Numbered from the stretch's first letter, positions 25,637-39,668 are shown. The stretch is DNA of 64,000 nucleotides from Octopus sinensis (GCF_006345805.1 NW_021833065.1:62001-126000), one strand, 5' to 3'. Notes: a model not told the origin generated them from the sequence alone. Numbers and translations are program-made.

Positions 25637-26577
25637 TATGTGTGTGTTTGTATCGTCTTGGCATGATGTTGATAGTTGTAAATGAGTGTTGCCATCATAC
25701 AAGCAGTGTCATTCATTTCCAATATATAAAAATATATCAGGCCATGAGAAAATATTACCTTGCTTGGAAAGAGGAGAGGGTTGGCAACAGGAAAGGCATG
25801 CAGTCATAAAAAATGTTTCAAATGTCGTCTAATCCATGCAAGCATAGAAAGGTGTGCGGTTAAATGATGGTGATGATAGTGTTGAACTTAGTCATTAATA
25901 AACTAGTGTTTGGAACACAAGTTAATATGGAATTTTGATCAAAGACTCTAATTCAAATCTCATTAAAACATGAAGTTTATTTCATAGGACCAGAGGAAGT
26001 TTTCAGTGAATTGTTATCAAAAGGATTAAGATGGCAGAGTATGATTTTATAGCAATTTGGTTTCTATTTCTAGTGGATTTAGTCACTATGTAGAGGCTCC
26101 CTGGTTAGCTTGTTTGATGTTGATGTTCTTATTAGATGTTCCATTATAACATCTAAATGGGTTGCTATCTAACTCATCAACTTGTGTAGTTTTCATACTC
26201 AGTAACAATAACTTCATCAAATTCCTACATATGCTATATCATTAGAAATGAACATCCTAATTTGATACTCCTTTTTTTTTCTGACCTAAGAAGTATTCAG
26301 TGAACAGGCAGTTATTGACCTATTTCAAGGCTCAAATGACAGAATATCTGGAATGATGCTTTTATTGAAGCAAAATCTGAGATTATACCACAAAATTATG
26401 ATACCAATAGACAAATCTGTCAGGCTAAACTTTCTCTAAACACTCACTGTGATTTTGATTTATATTACTCCCTTTTGATAACAACTCTCTGGTCATGATA
26501 CAAAACTTCTGATTTTCAATTGTTCATATTTAAACTAAAGACTTCCATCAAGATTTTATATAAGAATCTTTTATTAA

Positions 26578-26864
26578 GTGAAGTTCTAAATACTGGACTG
26601 AGGATAAAAAAGGAATTCATCTGATACAGAAACTGTATATTTTGAAATATGGTTACAAATGGATTGAAATAAATAAAACATACCACTTAGTCCTGTTAGT
26701 TAGTTAGTTAATTTGGCTCAAAAGCAAATAGCAACTAACTAACTAACAGGACTAAGTGGTATGTTTTATTTATTTCAATCCATTTGTAACCATATTTCAA
26801 AGTATACAGTTTCTGTATCGGATGAATTCCATTTTTATCCTCAGTCCAGTATTTAGAACTTCAC
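26578..26864. repeat. Near-perfect 132-bp-arm inverted repeat
   Basis: 26578-26709 versus 26733-26864; three mismatches by eye. Confidence 0.95.
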
Positions 26865-27921
26865 ACCACTTAGTCCTGCATCTAGTTAATGAAACTCTTC
26901 TAAACAATGATTAATGTACAACAGTTCAATCTATTTATTAATCATAGTAAGTTTATCCAATCATTTTTTACCTAGAAATTAGTGCAGAGTTCTTTGTTTT
27001 CTCCTACAGTTTATTGTTTGTTGTTGAATGAATTTTTTTCATGTAACTCACAAGTCATACTGTGTCTAATGTAGTTAAAGATACAATGATTGCTGTAGTA
27101 ATATTCGAACTCATGACAATCCATTTGTTGCTCCTTACATCATCATTATTCATCATCGTTTTACATCTGTTTTTGTTCTATGCCAGCATGGGTTGGATGG
27201 AATGTATCTTGTCCTGATCCTTATCTTCAAGCATATAAACAACAATTAAGAAAATCTGCCAGCTTAGTTGTTGTATATGTTTTGCAGTGTGGATTGAATA
27301 CATTTTATTGTATCACTGGTGTTGGAGAGGATGTCTGCAGCAGAATTTAAGAGTCCTCTCTATTTGTTATCAGTTTTTATAGGTTGCACTCTTCATAGAG
27401 AGTTATCAGTTATCTTGTGATGCCATTTGTGGAGTCTACATCTTAGTCATACATTCAGTTTTGGGAGCAGTTTCTTTGGTTGACAGTTGGATACCCTACT
27501 GCTCACCACTTACTTTACAGGATGTACTGGGTGCCACATGCACTAGTGAGGTTGTCTGTTTGTGGAAGGACTAAAGAGTTCCCTTTATTTTGATTGAGAG
27601 ATTTGATTGTATTTCCAGTCAGTCAAGCAAATAACCAAAGGCTGCCTATTATTGGCTCATTCAATTATAGATGTAGAACAGAAAAAGAGGATAAATATTC
27701 AAAGGTTATGTATGGAAGAATTTCTATAATTCAAAGTCTTTGGGAATAGAAGCACTGAACGTGCCTATAGATAGTAGTAAAATGTCCCCCAAATCACACT
27801 CTATTATTGTCATTATTTTATGTTCTATTTTCCATGTTTGCATGGATTGGGTAAGTCTTCTCCCACACAGCATCACCACTTGTGTTCTTTTGTCATCTCT
27901 GTAGTTCAGTATTATGAAATT

Positions 27922-28345
27922 GCTTACTCTTTACTCTTTACTCTTTTACTTGTTTCAGTCATTTGACTGTGGCCATGCTGGAGCACCGCCTTTTAGTCGA
28001 GCAAATCGACCCCGGGACTTATTCTTTGTAAGCCCAGTACTTATTCTATCGGTCTGTTTTGCCGAACTGCTAAGTGACGGGGACGTAAACACACCAGCAT
28101 CGGTTGTCAAGCAATGCTAGGGGGACAAACACAGACACACAAACATATACACACACACTTATATATATATATACATATATACGACAGGTTTCTTTCAGTT
28201 TCCGTCTACCAAATCCACTCACAAGGCATTGGTCGGCCCGGGGCTATAGTAGAAGACAGTTGCCCAAGATGCCACGCAGTGGGACTGAACCCGAAACCAT
28301 GTGGTTGGTTAGCAAGCTACTTACCACACAGCCACTATTGCGCCT
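27922..28345 (-). mobile_element. Young full-length tRNA-SINE
   Basis: CpG-retaining copy of the 21292 family, with a tRNA-like head near 28345 and a (GAGTAAA)n tail. Confidence 0.8.
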
Positions 28346-28690
28346 ACACCACTTTTTTCCATATCCTCCTTAGTCTTCCTTTTCCATTGCTCCTTCTACA
28401 TAGATCTCTTGGCAGTTCTTTAACCATCAGCCATCAACGACACACATGTCTATACCAAAGCAGTTATCTTTCTTGTATGCTACAACTGCTTTCTCTTATA
28501 CTTGGTTTTATCTTTCAGCTCATCTGCATCTCATCATTCATACATATTAACATCACATCCAATGGATTGGCCTTGCCTATCTTTTTTCCACCCTTTGCAC
28601 AGTCTCTGCCTTCAATGCCCAAGTCTCACTATCATGCAGCATTGCAGTTCATACACAACCAGCAGACACATTGGATAATGACTTAGGTAC
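28345..28690 (-). mobile_element. Decayed RTE LINE ORF2 fragment
   Basis: Minus strand shows a degenerate (Y)GSETW region and a WY.HV.LM-like region. Confidence 0.5.
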
Positions 28691-28769
28691 ATTCTAGAAA
28701 CAAAGATTAGTTGGTCACAGTTGAAACACCTTTGATCATAAGGCTGTCAATTAGTTTTGACTTTGGGAC

Positions 28770-29665
28770 AAATATTGGTTTTAAATTTTGGCACAAGGCC
28801 GGCAATTTCAGGGAGGGGTACATCAATTACATGAACCCCAGTGTTCAACTAGTGCTTATTTTATCGACCCCCAAAAGGATGAAGAGCAAAATCAACCACA
28901 GTGGAATTTGGACTCAGAACATGAAGATGGACAAAATGTTGCTAAGCATTTTGCCCAGCATGCTAACAATTCTGGCAACTCACCGCCTTCTATGAAAACA
29001 GGTCTAGCACAGGCTGAACACTAACACTGGACTTAAGGATAAATATTAATAACATTTTCTTTCTACAATCATGTGTATCAGTATTTTTTTTTTACATTCC
29101 AGCATGTTAGATCCTTTAAACTTGATTTTGCCTTAACCATAATAAATATATTAGCACTGATTACCTCAACTTCATAATTTTGAGCTGAATCCCTAAAAGT
29201 ATTTATCTGCATATCAAGAATTGTGTACTTGATACAACCACTTTCACAAGTCTTACACTTACAGAACAATCCTTTCTACTATAGGCACAAGACCTGAAAT
29301 TTTGGGGGAAGGGGCTAGTTGATTACATTGACCCTAGTACATGACTGGTACTTATTTTATCAACCCCGAAAGGATGAAAGGTAAAGTCGATCTTGGCAGA
29401 ATTTGAACCCAGAATGTAAAGACAGACAAAATACCTATTTCTTTGCCACCCACAAAGGGCTAAACACAGAGAGGACAAACAAGGACAGACAAACAGATTA
29501 AGTCGATTACATCGACCACAGTGCCTAACTGCTACTTATTTAATCAACCCTGAAAGGATGAATGGCAAACTCGACCTTGGCGGAATTTGAACTCAGAACA
29601 TAGTGGCAGTCAAAATACCGCTAAGCATTTCACCCAGCATAGTATCAACTCTGCCAGCTTACCAT
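28770..29665 (-). mobile_element. Cluster of three copies of a second tRNA-SINE family (gtcgactttgcctttcatcc core)
   Basis: Shared aaaggatgaaaggcaaagtcgacc...gaatttgaactcagaa motif. Also seen at ~31410-31625, 41140-41350 and 56213-56440. Confidence 0.75.
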
Positions 29666-31019
29666 CTACAGAATAATAATTAGAATTTTCACAGATGTAA
29701 ATGATTTCTATCCAAATACCATCTTTTCAAATAAAGAATCTCTAAACAAATGGATATCCACTCATTCCCAAATATTTTCCCAAATCACTGCTATGAGGTT
29801 GCTTAACCTATTAGAAACAGCAGCCAAATCTCTCTTGAATCATTCTTTACTGTCTTAATGAGGAAGAATGCAGTAGGTAATGTAGTCCTAGATAAACAAG
29901 AAAAACAGATGGGATAGCCACACTTGGAATGTCTCTGATCAGAATTGTATTATATGGATTTACCTGGAACAAAACAACTGCAGTTACTTACGTGTTCCAT
30001 TACTGACATTTTAACCTGGTGCATTTTTTCGCTAAAAACATCCCACCTTTATTTATAATTTATTTATTTATTCACCAAAAATATTGAAGCTTCCTTGATT
30101 TATGTAACATCTGTATCTTATAATGAAAGTTGTATAAACTGGTAAACAAGAACATCTACTTCCTTAGAAAAATAACAGTTGAAAAGCTTCACTGTAGAAG
30201 TCATGTTGAAATATAAACAAATGAAACAACTCGGCAGCTGACACCATTCAGTCCATTTTTTTCTTTTTGTGCAAGCAAGGTACACATCAAGAATTTTCAA
30301 TATCTTATGCAGCATATATTTGAGATATTGCATTTTACATATATACTAACAAGCATTCACACACCAATATACAATATTAAAATATACTGCATACATTTTT
30401 CCCACCATCACTTTTAAGAGGTTTTTATATTTTTTATGTAAGCTTATAATTTTATCATTAGAGTGTAATGGTTATAGCTATGCTCATAGAAGGAAAGTGT
30501 CTGGGATTCCAGCTTTAGCGTCATCATCATCATCATTTTAAGGCCCTTTTTCATGTTTGCATGGATCAGATGGACTTTATTTAGGCAGATTTTCTACAGC
30601 CAGATGCCCTTCCTGTTGCCAACTCTCACTTGTTCTTATGCAAGATAATATTGCCCCATAGCCAAACATGTTTTCACAGAATATTGGAAGTAAATGACAC
30701 TTCTAGTATTACAGTGACACTCATTTACAGGTATCATACAATGTCAAGACAAGAACATACCTGCACACACACACATATACATGTGTATATGACAGGTTTC
30801 TTTCAGTTTCTGTCTTCCAAATCCACTCACAAGGTTTTGGTTGATCTGGAGCTCTAGTAGAAGACACTTGCCCAAAGTGCTTCACGGTGAACCAAATAGT
30901 GTCCTACCCAGAAAACAAATGCTTCCCATGTTTAATAGATATTAGAATATGGAACAACTGACCAAAACACAGCAAAATGAGCTTCTTGATAAACAAATAA
31001 TTATCAAGAAAATTTTTAC

Positions 31020-31068
31020 CATCTTTGACATGCGAATCATATTCCTCAAGTTTAAGACAAAATACCTT
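31020..31068 (-). CDS. Possible upstream 49-bp exon of the minus-strand gene (KVFCLKLEEYDSHVKD), phase 0->1
   Basis: cattttgtttttatAG acceptor and ATG|GTAAAA donor. Phase 1 fits the 20814 exon. Short, so it could be chance. Confidence 0.3.
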
Positions 31069-32432
31069 CTATAAAAACAAAATGACCAGGCCTAGAACAT
31101 TAATTAGCTTGGCCAACAAGCTAAGATACTAAAAATTTTTAAGACAAGTTCTTATCTTCTGTCTCCATAATGCTAAGATAATCATCTTTCAAAATAGGAT
31201 GCTGAAGAACTTTAATTTAGCATTGTAAGCCAATAAAATACTCATTAATTTCAGTAACTATAGTAGTGAATTGTTCAACCTGCAAAAACCACTTAGAAAA
31301 AGATTGACTAAACTTCTGAAAGTTTGGTTTCTATGAAATATATAAACAAGGAATCTTTTAAATGAGTGTTGGTTACTCTACTAACTCATTTACCTGTGCT
31401 GTTATAATATTGGTTTCACATTTTGGCACAGAAGGCCTACAGCTTCAAGGGAGCAGGTGAATTGATTACATTGACCTCAGTGTTCAACTGATACTTATTT
31501 TATCACTGCCAAAAGGATGAAAGGCAAAGTCGACCTCAAAAGAATTTGAACTTAGAATGTAAAGATGGATGAAATGCCACTAAGCATTTTTCCCAGTGTA
31601 CAAATGATTCTGCCAGCTCATCACCTTTGTGCTGTTATCATATTAACACACCAGTCATCTAATATCCATATATTCCATTCTAATGACCCAGTTACTTGTG
31701 TTGTCATACAACTAACACCCATCCTCAAGTTCCTGTAATGAATCTACAGCTTGGTTCTAAGCATATTAATCAGTTTATTTTTCTCCTGTAAGTCATCTCC
31801 AAGCTAATTGAAGCTAAACAACTGTATCTAATCCAGAAACATTTTGTTGTAACTCTAAAATATTTACTGAATATTAAAACCACCAAATTAATTTTGACAT
31901 TCTGGAAAGGAATCAGACCAGCTAGGGAGAATAAGTTACAAGTTACTGGTTGTTGCCGAAATATAAATAAGTCTCAAAAAGTAAATAACAATAAAGAGAA
32001 TAGCACCTTAGGCAAGTGTCTTTTATCATAGCCTTGCTTTGACTCATACCTGTGAGTTTGAATAGAAAGAAGCAGTGAAAATGTCAAATTTATGCCAAAG
32101 CTTACATGGAGAGTACACATGATGGTGAAGTATTCAGTCATCAACACAATAATTCAATGAGCTGATAGTTCTGTTCAAGTAACTGGAAAACCCATTTTGT
32201 CAAAACAGATACAAGAGGCTTTGTTCTTCTGGATTAGAGGCAAACTGGAAAATTATATATGGTACAAGTTGTTGGTTTCTAAGCTTTTTTTTTCTTTCTT
32301 TCTGTCTCAGTCCACCTAACTGCTAGAAATAGACAGGATTGTGAAAAGAGATCTGTTTCTATTTGTTTAACACTACAGAAATTAGGGTTAAAAACTAACC
32401 TAATAGGTACATAACTGACTGCACTGGATTAA

Positions 32433-32651
32433 TCCAATAGCATTCAGATTATTCAGTTAAATGTAATGCTTTTTCAGTCAACATTGTTTTGAATTAATCA
32501 TGCATTATCTTGTAGCCTTGAAATTTTGACGTGTGATCATTTGTTTTTAGAATAACAGTGTAGGGTAGGTGTGAGAGGCCTGATTAGCTAGTTTGCACAT
32601 AAAACAGATAGAATACTTTGGCCAGATATGTCTGGTTTAAATGCTAAAGGG
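32433..32651. mobile_element. piggyBac-type MITE (degenerate left TIR)
   Basis: TTAA on both sides; ...tagcatt / aatgctaaaggg ends. Confidence 0.55.
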
Positions 32652-33650
32652 TTAAACTGCTTATTTCTATGACACATATTTCTGACTAAAATAATTAGTA
32701 ATGCAAAGTGAAATTCTTCAATAATTCTTTTGTATTTGTTTGTCTATCAAAATAATAAATGGTGTCTTTCTTTCACTTTGAAAAACTTCTATGAAACAAT
32801 ATTTCCACTTTTATGAAACAATATTTCCACAAAATATTTACGGCAATAGCAAAATGTTATTTATATTAATATTGTAAACAAATTACACTTTTGCAGGAGA
32901 CAAAACGAAATCAACAAAAAAAAATGATGACTTTAAGTGACATAGGATGGGAACATGAGCTGACATCTGTTTAAATACAAACAGTTTGTATGTAGGTTAC
33001 TATTTTGCAAATATCAAAGGAAAGTATATCTGTCTGCCATTAATAAAATTATAAGATGGTGATATGTTAGTATGCTTATTTCTTATTTCAAACACTTCGA
33101 GAATATTGCACAAAATAATATATTTTTTTTAACAAATAATAATTTGAAGATGAAGAAGAACAGAAAGCTAGAGCTTGTAGACAGAATTTCAACGACTGAG
33201 AAATGAGAGAAAGACATTTCACAAAAGCGGATGTATGCTATGTCAGTTTCATGGCCAATTGAAAGGATGTTGCAAAATTTCGCCCACTTACAACTACTTA
33301 GTAAAGTAGATACGTGATTTATTCTGCTCTGTGAATATAACAAAATAAGAAATGTTGAGTCCTAGCCACTAACATTTAAAAGGCAAAATTTTGTAGTGTA
33401 AGTAAACTTTCAATTGTTATCTCACTCTTATAAAGATATGTATCTATATTTAATAGATGCCATATATATATATTTACATATATATATTTATATATATAAG
33501 CAAGCATATGTACATGCATTGTGCATACATACTTACACACACACACACATGCATGTGTGTACATTTATATGAACTCACACACAAGTTAGTCTATCTCAAG
33601 CCTACATACAGATTGAACTTATATGATTATATATTTGTCAAAATAAAAGA

Positions 33651-33654
<4 letters not shown>

Positions 33655-33749
<95 letters not shown>

Positions 33750-33865
33750 ATATATGTATGTATATATATGTTGGTATATATATGTTGGTATATATATATA
33801 TATATATATGTATGTATATATATGTTGGTATATATATGTTGGTATATATATACATATATATATAT
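33655..33865. repeat. Compound (TA)n microsatellite with tgttggta units
   Basis: Direct reading. Source of several spurious YIYI ORFs. Confidence 0.95.
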
Positions 33866-33899
33866 CAACTGCAGGACTTGCATCTTCTTCTTGGAGGGT

Positions 33900-35000
33900 T
33901 TAACATACAAATTTAAGTCAGGTCAAATTTCACCATAAAAAAAATCACTTCACCTATACATCAAAGAACTTAAATCTATGTCCTCAAATGTGGTGGCTGT
34001 GATGGAGACTACATAGATCAAACTAGTTTGATCTTGAGGGACAGATTGATGGTACACAGGCAACAAATCCAGGACCCCACAGCCAGGAAAATTCTTGTAA
34101 GCAAACACCAAGATCAATCCCCTGCAGACATAAACTCGAAATGTTAAATCTTCCCTCTCTATCAATGCACCAGAAACTCTTCAACTGAATTCCAATTGAA
34201 TAAGGAAAGCATGCTCATTAAAAAATATAACTGCAACTAAATATCCTTTAATAACACACCAGAAAGAAGAAAAACTCAATTTTTCCACAAAAAAACTAGA
34301 TACAAAAGACATAATTCAAAAACTTTAGTAATAGGGTCCCCCAGGGTTTTGAAACCCTAACTTCAAATTACTATGCAATAACACCATTCACCTTCTCAAA
34401 CACCAATTGCTAATGTCATCTCACACTGTGAAACTTTATCTCCAATCAAAACCGGACTCTCAGTAAAAAACAAACTGATTCTTTAAAGGAACCAACCAAC
34501 CAGAACAGTTGATGACCATTAGACAAAAACTAATGATGAAGTCCCTACAGGGAAGTCAACCAAGCAGAACTCTAAACTTGACCAAAAGAAAAACAGGTTC
34601 TTTATCAAAATAAAGTCATGTCATGAAACCCACAACCAATCAAAACTTGTTCCTATGTACAGGGAATCAAATAACCAACCAAAACACTAATGTCAAAACA
34701 AAATGTACTTTTTGACCAAAAACATCCACCAAAAAGAGTAAGATATCATCAAAATTATAATCAATCAAAAATTAAATCCTTTCCCATAAAATCATATAGA
34801 TTAATTTTGTGTATATATATATATACACAAAAAATTTTCAAAATCCCCCAAAACAGCATGAAAAGTGGAAGAGACCAATATGTGAAGAAACTACACACAT
34901 TGCAAAAGAAATTGTAAAAAGAATCCTTTTTTCTTACTTTTTTTTCAATAAAAACTCAATATTACCAAACTTCCAACATTCACCGAACATTCACTCTGAT
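33900..35000 (+). mobile_element. Decayed A-rich retroelement, related to the element at 63300-64000 (probably Penelope-like)
   Basis: ctatcaatgcacca...aataaggaaagcatgctcattaaaaaat (34159-34226) resembles the reverse complement of 63752-63822. Family assignment is inference. Confidence 0.4.
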
Positions 35001-35289
35001 ATTATCTTTCCCTGTGAAACTCATTGAAATTTATGTGAACATTGGAACATTTGATCATTCAAACATGTTTGTCTGTAATTTTAAATTCTGTTAAAAAAAA
35101 CACTTGTTTTTTATATATATTTGTACTGTTGATAAACAAAAAAATCATTGAAACTAGTTTGGTATGTACAAAAATTAATCTATTTAAGAACAACTACATG
35201 TTTTTTGAACTCAGGTGCATTTCAGATTGCAAAACAAATTTTCCAATATTTTATCTTGCATAGGAATACACTTCTTTCCATATATACAT

Positions 35290-35462
35290 AAAAACCATTA
35301 AATTCACTTTAACATTTAAATTTAATTTCTCAAAATATTTTTGTCGATTTGAGACCACGACCTATTCACTAGCATGGAATTTTGTCAGTGAACAAGTCTC
35401 AAAGTGACGAAAATATTTTGACTAATTAAATTTAAATGTTGGAGTGAATCTAACGGTCTTTG
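35290..35462. repeat. ~170-bp imperfect palindrome (MITE-like hairpin)
   Basis: attcactttaacatttaaatttaatt...aattaaatttaaatgttggagtgaat. Confidence 0.75.
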
Positions 35463-35567
35463 TGTGTTTTTTAAATGGCTCATAAACACCTTCCACACTG
35501 CAATTGTTTTTGTTTCAGCACACGACCTCAGATCAGGTCACTTGCTATGCAAGTACATCTCCATAAC

Positions 35568-35614
<47 letters not shown>

Positions 35615-35620
<6 letters not shown>

Positions 35621-36642
35621 CGTTCGCCAGCCTCATCTGGCACCAGTGTCGGTGGCACATAAAAACACCTTCCGAAGACCCGGCAAGTCTAGTCAGTCCA
35701 CCTGTGCATACCTTCCTTCTTGTGACACTTGTGAAGACCGGTTGAGGCAAGTGAAAATCAAATCAAATCAAAATAGACAAAATAGATGAACATCAATGGA
35801 ATTTGTATCTTGTGGTACCAGTGCCTGTGGCACACAAGAAATCCATCAGTGCCGTAGTCAGTGCGGTGGGCACATGACAAACACCATCCGATCGTGGCCG
35901 TTCGCCAGCCTCATCTAGCACCTGTGTCGGTGGCACATAAAAACACCATCCGAAGACCCGGCAAGACTAGTCAGGCCATAACCCATGGCCCCTACCTGGG
36001 ACGTAGTCAGTCCACCTGTGCATACCTTCCTTCTTGTGACACTTGTGAAGACCTGTTGAGGCAAGTGAAAATCAAAACAAATCAAAATAGATGAACATCA
36101 ATGGAATTTGTATCTTTGTGGTACCAGTGCCGGTGGCACGTGGCACATAAGAAAACCATCCGAACGTGGCCGTAGCCAGTACCGCATTGACTGGCCTCCG
36201 TGCTGTGGGCACGTAACAAGCACCATCCGATCGTGGCCGTTTGCCAGCCTCATCTGGCACCTGTGTCGGTGGCACATAAAAACACCATCCGAGCGTGGCC
36301 GTCTGCCAGCCTCGTCTGGCACCTGTGTCGGTGGCACATAAAAAAAAAACACCATCCGAGCGTGGCCGTCTGCCAGCCTCGTCTGGCACCTGTGTCGGTG
36401 GCACATAAAAAACACCATCCGAGCGTGGCCGTTTGCCAGCCTCGTCTGGCACCTGTGTCGGTGGCACATAAAATCACCCACTACACTCTCGGAGTGGTTG
36501 GCGTTAGGAAGGGCATCCAGCTGTAGAAACACTGCCAGATCTGACTGGACTGGTGCAGCTTTCGGGCTCCCCAGACCCCAGTTGAACCGTCCAACCCATG
36601 CTAGCATGGAAAGCGGACGTTAAATGATGATGATGATGATGA

Positions 36643-36646
<4 letters not shown>
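35615..36646 (+). mobile_element. (GAT)n-tailed retroelement 3'UTR with a duplicated ~290-bp block and an array of 62-bp units
   Basis: 35617-35880 repeats as 35895-36150. About five units follow at 36150-36470, then the common tail. Confidence 0.8.
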
Positions 36647-36711
<65 letters not shown>

Positions 36712-37719
36712 GTATATATATGTATTATCTTTTATCATTGTTTCATTCTTTTATTCTTTTACAGGTTTCAGTCAAATTGTAGCCATGTGTGGGTGCTTCA
36801 TCAGGTGGAATATGATTAGTTCCTCTGCTGGATTCTTCTGAATACTCTGAGTATACACTGTGCATTTTATTTATCCACTCTAGTTGATTCCAGCCCAGGA
36901 ATATACCCTGCTGTAGGATACCATGTGGTAGCCAAATAATGACATAAGGACTCTTAAATGCATATTACAAGGTTTGCACCTGAATTATACAAAATGTATA
37001 TACATATATATATTTATACACACACACACATGTATGTGTAATAGGACAAAAGTATATGCAGACAAACAACAGGTATCAGTCAGATTATGACATATTTAGA
37101 GCAAATATAGAGATAAACAAATGCATAAGGAGTATAAATTGCAGGAGGTCAATAAAAGTTAATGAAGTTCTTAATTGTTGGAATATAAACAGGTAGACTC
37201 TAGGAAGAGGTAGAAAGTAAGTCCATAGTATTGATATGACATAGTCTGATACATCGAAAATAGTCATCACAAGAAACAACCTTGGAAATAACAGAAAAAA
37301 GGTGTGCAGATTGTCTCAAAGGACCAATCAATTTTCACAATATTTATAGTTAAATAGTTTTTCAATGTGAGAGTGTGTGACATAATAGCTAAGGTATTAT
37401 AATCGTGATCTAGCGATCATGGGTTTGATTCCCAAACTGGCCAGCACATTGTGTTCTTGATTAAAACACTTCATTTCACATTGCTCTGCTGATGAGAAAG
37501 TACCAGAATCATTGGTGCATCACAGAAATGCTTTACAGATATCTTCAAGCTCTCTACATTCTGAGTTCAAATCCCACTGGCCTGGAAGAGGCAACAGAAA
37601 ACCACTCCACTATTCATCTCAAGTAGAGTCATTGTAGCCAACTTAATGACAGCAGGGGAGGGTATGGGCCCTCCCAGATTGCACAGGACCTGCCCAAGAG
37701 CAGACTACAACTAAACTAC

Positions 37720-38260
37720 AAACTACTCTTTTAATCCTAACCTTCACAAAACACACAGTTAAAAATTTCTTTAAAAACCTGATAACACCAATGTAATCTT
37801 AGTCTGACATGTGCTGAGTGACCAACAAATTCGTCTACAAGCATTTTCTTGTGAACACTAAAACACAACAAAAACTCACTTTCTATACAAAGAATGTTGT
37901 GACCTGAATTTGACACATCTATTTACCCAATTACATCCACACTTAACTGAGCCCTAAACAAGAACACAATTCCTACATCAAACCAAATATAATACAATAG
38001 CTTTCTATCAACCCACGTCCTACAAACACATATTCACTTCTACCTTTTCATCCTACAATACTGCCTCCCTGACCTAGTCATACCACACCTAATTAACATT
38101 TTACATAGCTCCACCTATCCACAAAAAAAAAAGAAACTGCTAAAGACTATATAAAACCAAGAAGAACCCAATTATTGCAAAGTTTGATAAAGGGAACAAG
38201 TTGAAACTTCAAAGTCACTGTCAACCACTTCTTTGTGAAAGTTTAATAAACATGCCCTCA
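37720..38260 (+). mobile_element. Highly decayed Penelope-like RT fragment
   Basis: ccaattattgcaaagtttgataaagggaac reads PIIAKFDKGN, resembling the PLE (A)DKGN motif. Confidence 0.4.
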
Positions 38261-38351
38261 AATAAAAAGTATTGAGTAATCCTTCACTTTGATGTTGAAT
38301 TTTTACATATATAACTTGACATAAAGACAAACATTAATATAAAGATACATA

Positions 38352-39603
38352 CTGGGTGGTCAGATAAATTCATTCATTTCTTTCCAATGTTATTTGAATT
38401 AACACAAAATATATTCTTATTGTAGAATTTTATGGGGTTTTTATTCTTCTACTCCAACTTTTGTTTATCATTTTTTAAATTTAAATAAATTTTTCCCTCT
38501 TTTCAGACATATAACAATGGACTGTCATGTCAAAAACAAAAAAAAATTAGCATTTGCAACATCTCTTTGCTTTCAATATTGGTTCCAAAGCTTCCAAAGT
38601 AGCTCAAGACATTTGTACTGTCTTTGGAGGCATTATTACTGAAGGAACTGCACAGAAATGGCTTGCACACTTTGAAGAGAGAAAATTCAGTTTATCAGAC
38701 TCTTCACATTCTAGCCTATTTGTCCAATCTAATGAGAATGAGCTTGTACACAAGGATCTGCACCAGTCCACTAAGGAATTGGCCCACCAGATAAGCTGCT
38801 CTCATGAAATCATCACCCATCACCTTCATGTAATGAGTAAGATCCAAAATCTCAGTGCCTGGGTGCCACATACCCTGAATGAAAGAGACAATTTCCAGTG
38901 TTCCTTTATCACCACCAGTTTACTTGCTCATCACCTGGTTACTCATAGACACAAAGAGAGATTTCTTTGTTGCATCACTACCAGTGATGGAAAATGGTAT
39001 CTTCATGTCAATAAAAAGCTGAGGAAAGGATGGCTGAGTTCCAGCATGTAAGCAGCACCTCAAGCCAAGCCAGAACTACATTCATGCATGACAAAGGTCT
39101 GTGTTTGGTGGGATTAGGAAGGCCTAAATTACATCAAAATCCTTGAAAATAACTGCACAATGAATGCACAGCTTTATTATAAGTAAATGCACAGGCTCAA
39201 CAAAGCAATCCAGCTGAAACAACTCAACTAGCAACATTGCATGCTTCTTTGATATGACAACACTCACTGCCACATCACTAATTTGACCAAACATTCTATC
39301 TAAGATTCTACTATATCAACTATATTTTCTTGATATAGTGCCTTCAGTTTATTGTTTTTATTGGTTATTCCCCAAGACTCTGTGAGGTGTTTTGTTCAAC
39401 AATGACATGGAGATGAAAACACGGCTTGATGAATTCTTCAAGTCAAGACCTGGTGATTTCAACCATCAGTGGCAAGACAATGGAACATTGGCAAAATGTC
39501 ATGGACATTTTGAAGGAGAATATATTACTGACTAATTTGTTAAAATTGTTGATGAAAAATAAAGATTAAAATAGAAAAGAATTAACAAATACTGACAACC
39601 CAG
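38352..39603 (+). mobile_element. Decayed mariner (DD34D-type) transposon
   Basis: TA-flanked TIRs ctgggtggtcag / ctgacaacccag. Transposase remnants WVPH, ITTSDGKW and a YSPDLAPSDY-like region. Confidence 0.85.
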
Positions 39604-39668
39604 TATATATGCATATATATAATATAAATGTATATATAATAATATATATATAATATAAATGTATATAT

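Noticed and set aside
33083-33343. CpG-containing unique segment as an exon or first exon
   Set aside because: Plausible + frames contain stops and I could not assign consistent splice sites on either strand.
33457-33938. ORFs rich in YIYI/VCVC/HTHT (also 39532-39861, 50535-51130, 57805-58063)
   Set aside because: Translations of microsatellites.
36150-36470. 62-bp repeat array as a CRISPR array
   Set aside because: Units are contiguous with no unique spacers, the context is eukaryotic, and the array is always attached to a retroelement tail.
37487-37538. CTGATGA...GAAA possible hammerhead
   Set aside because: Stem III and the cleavage triplet are not formed; at best a decayed remnant.
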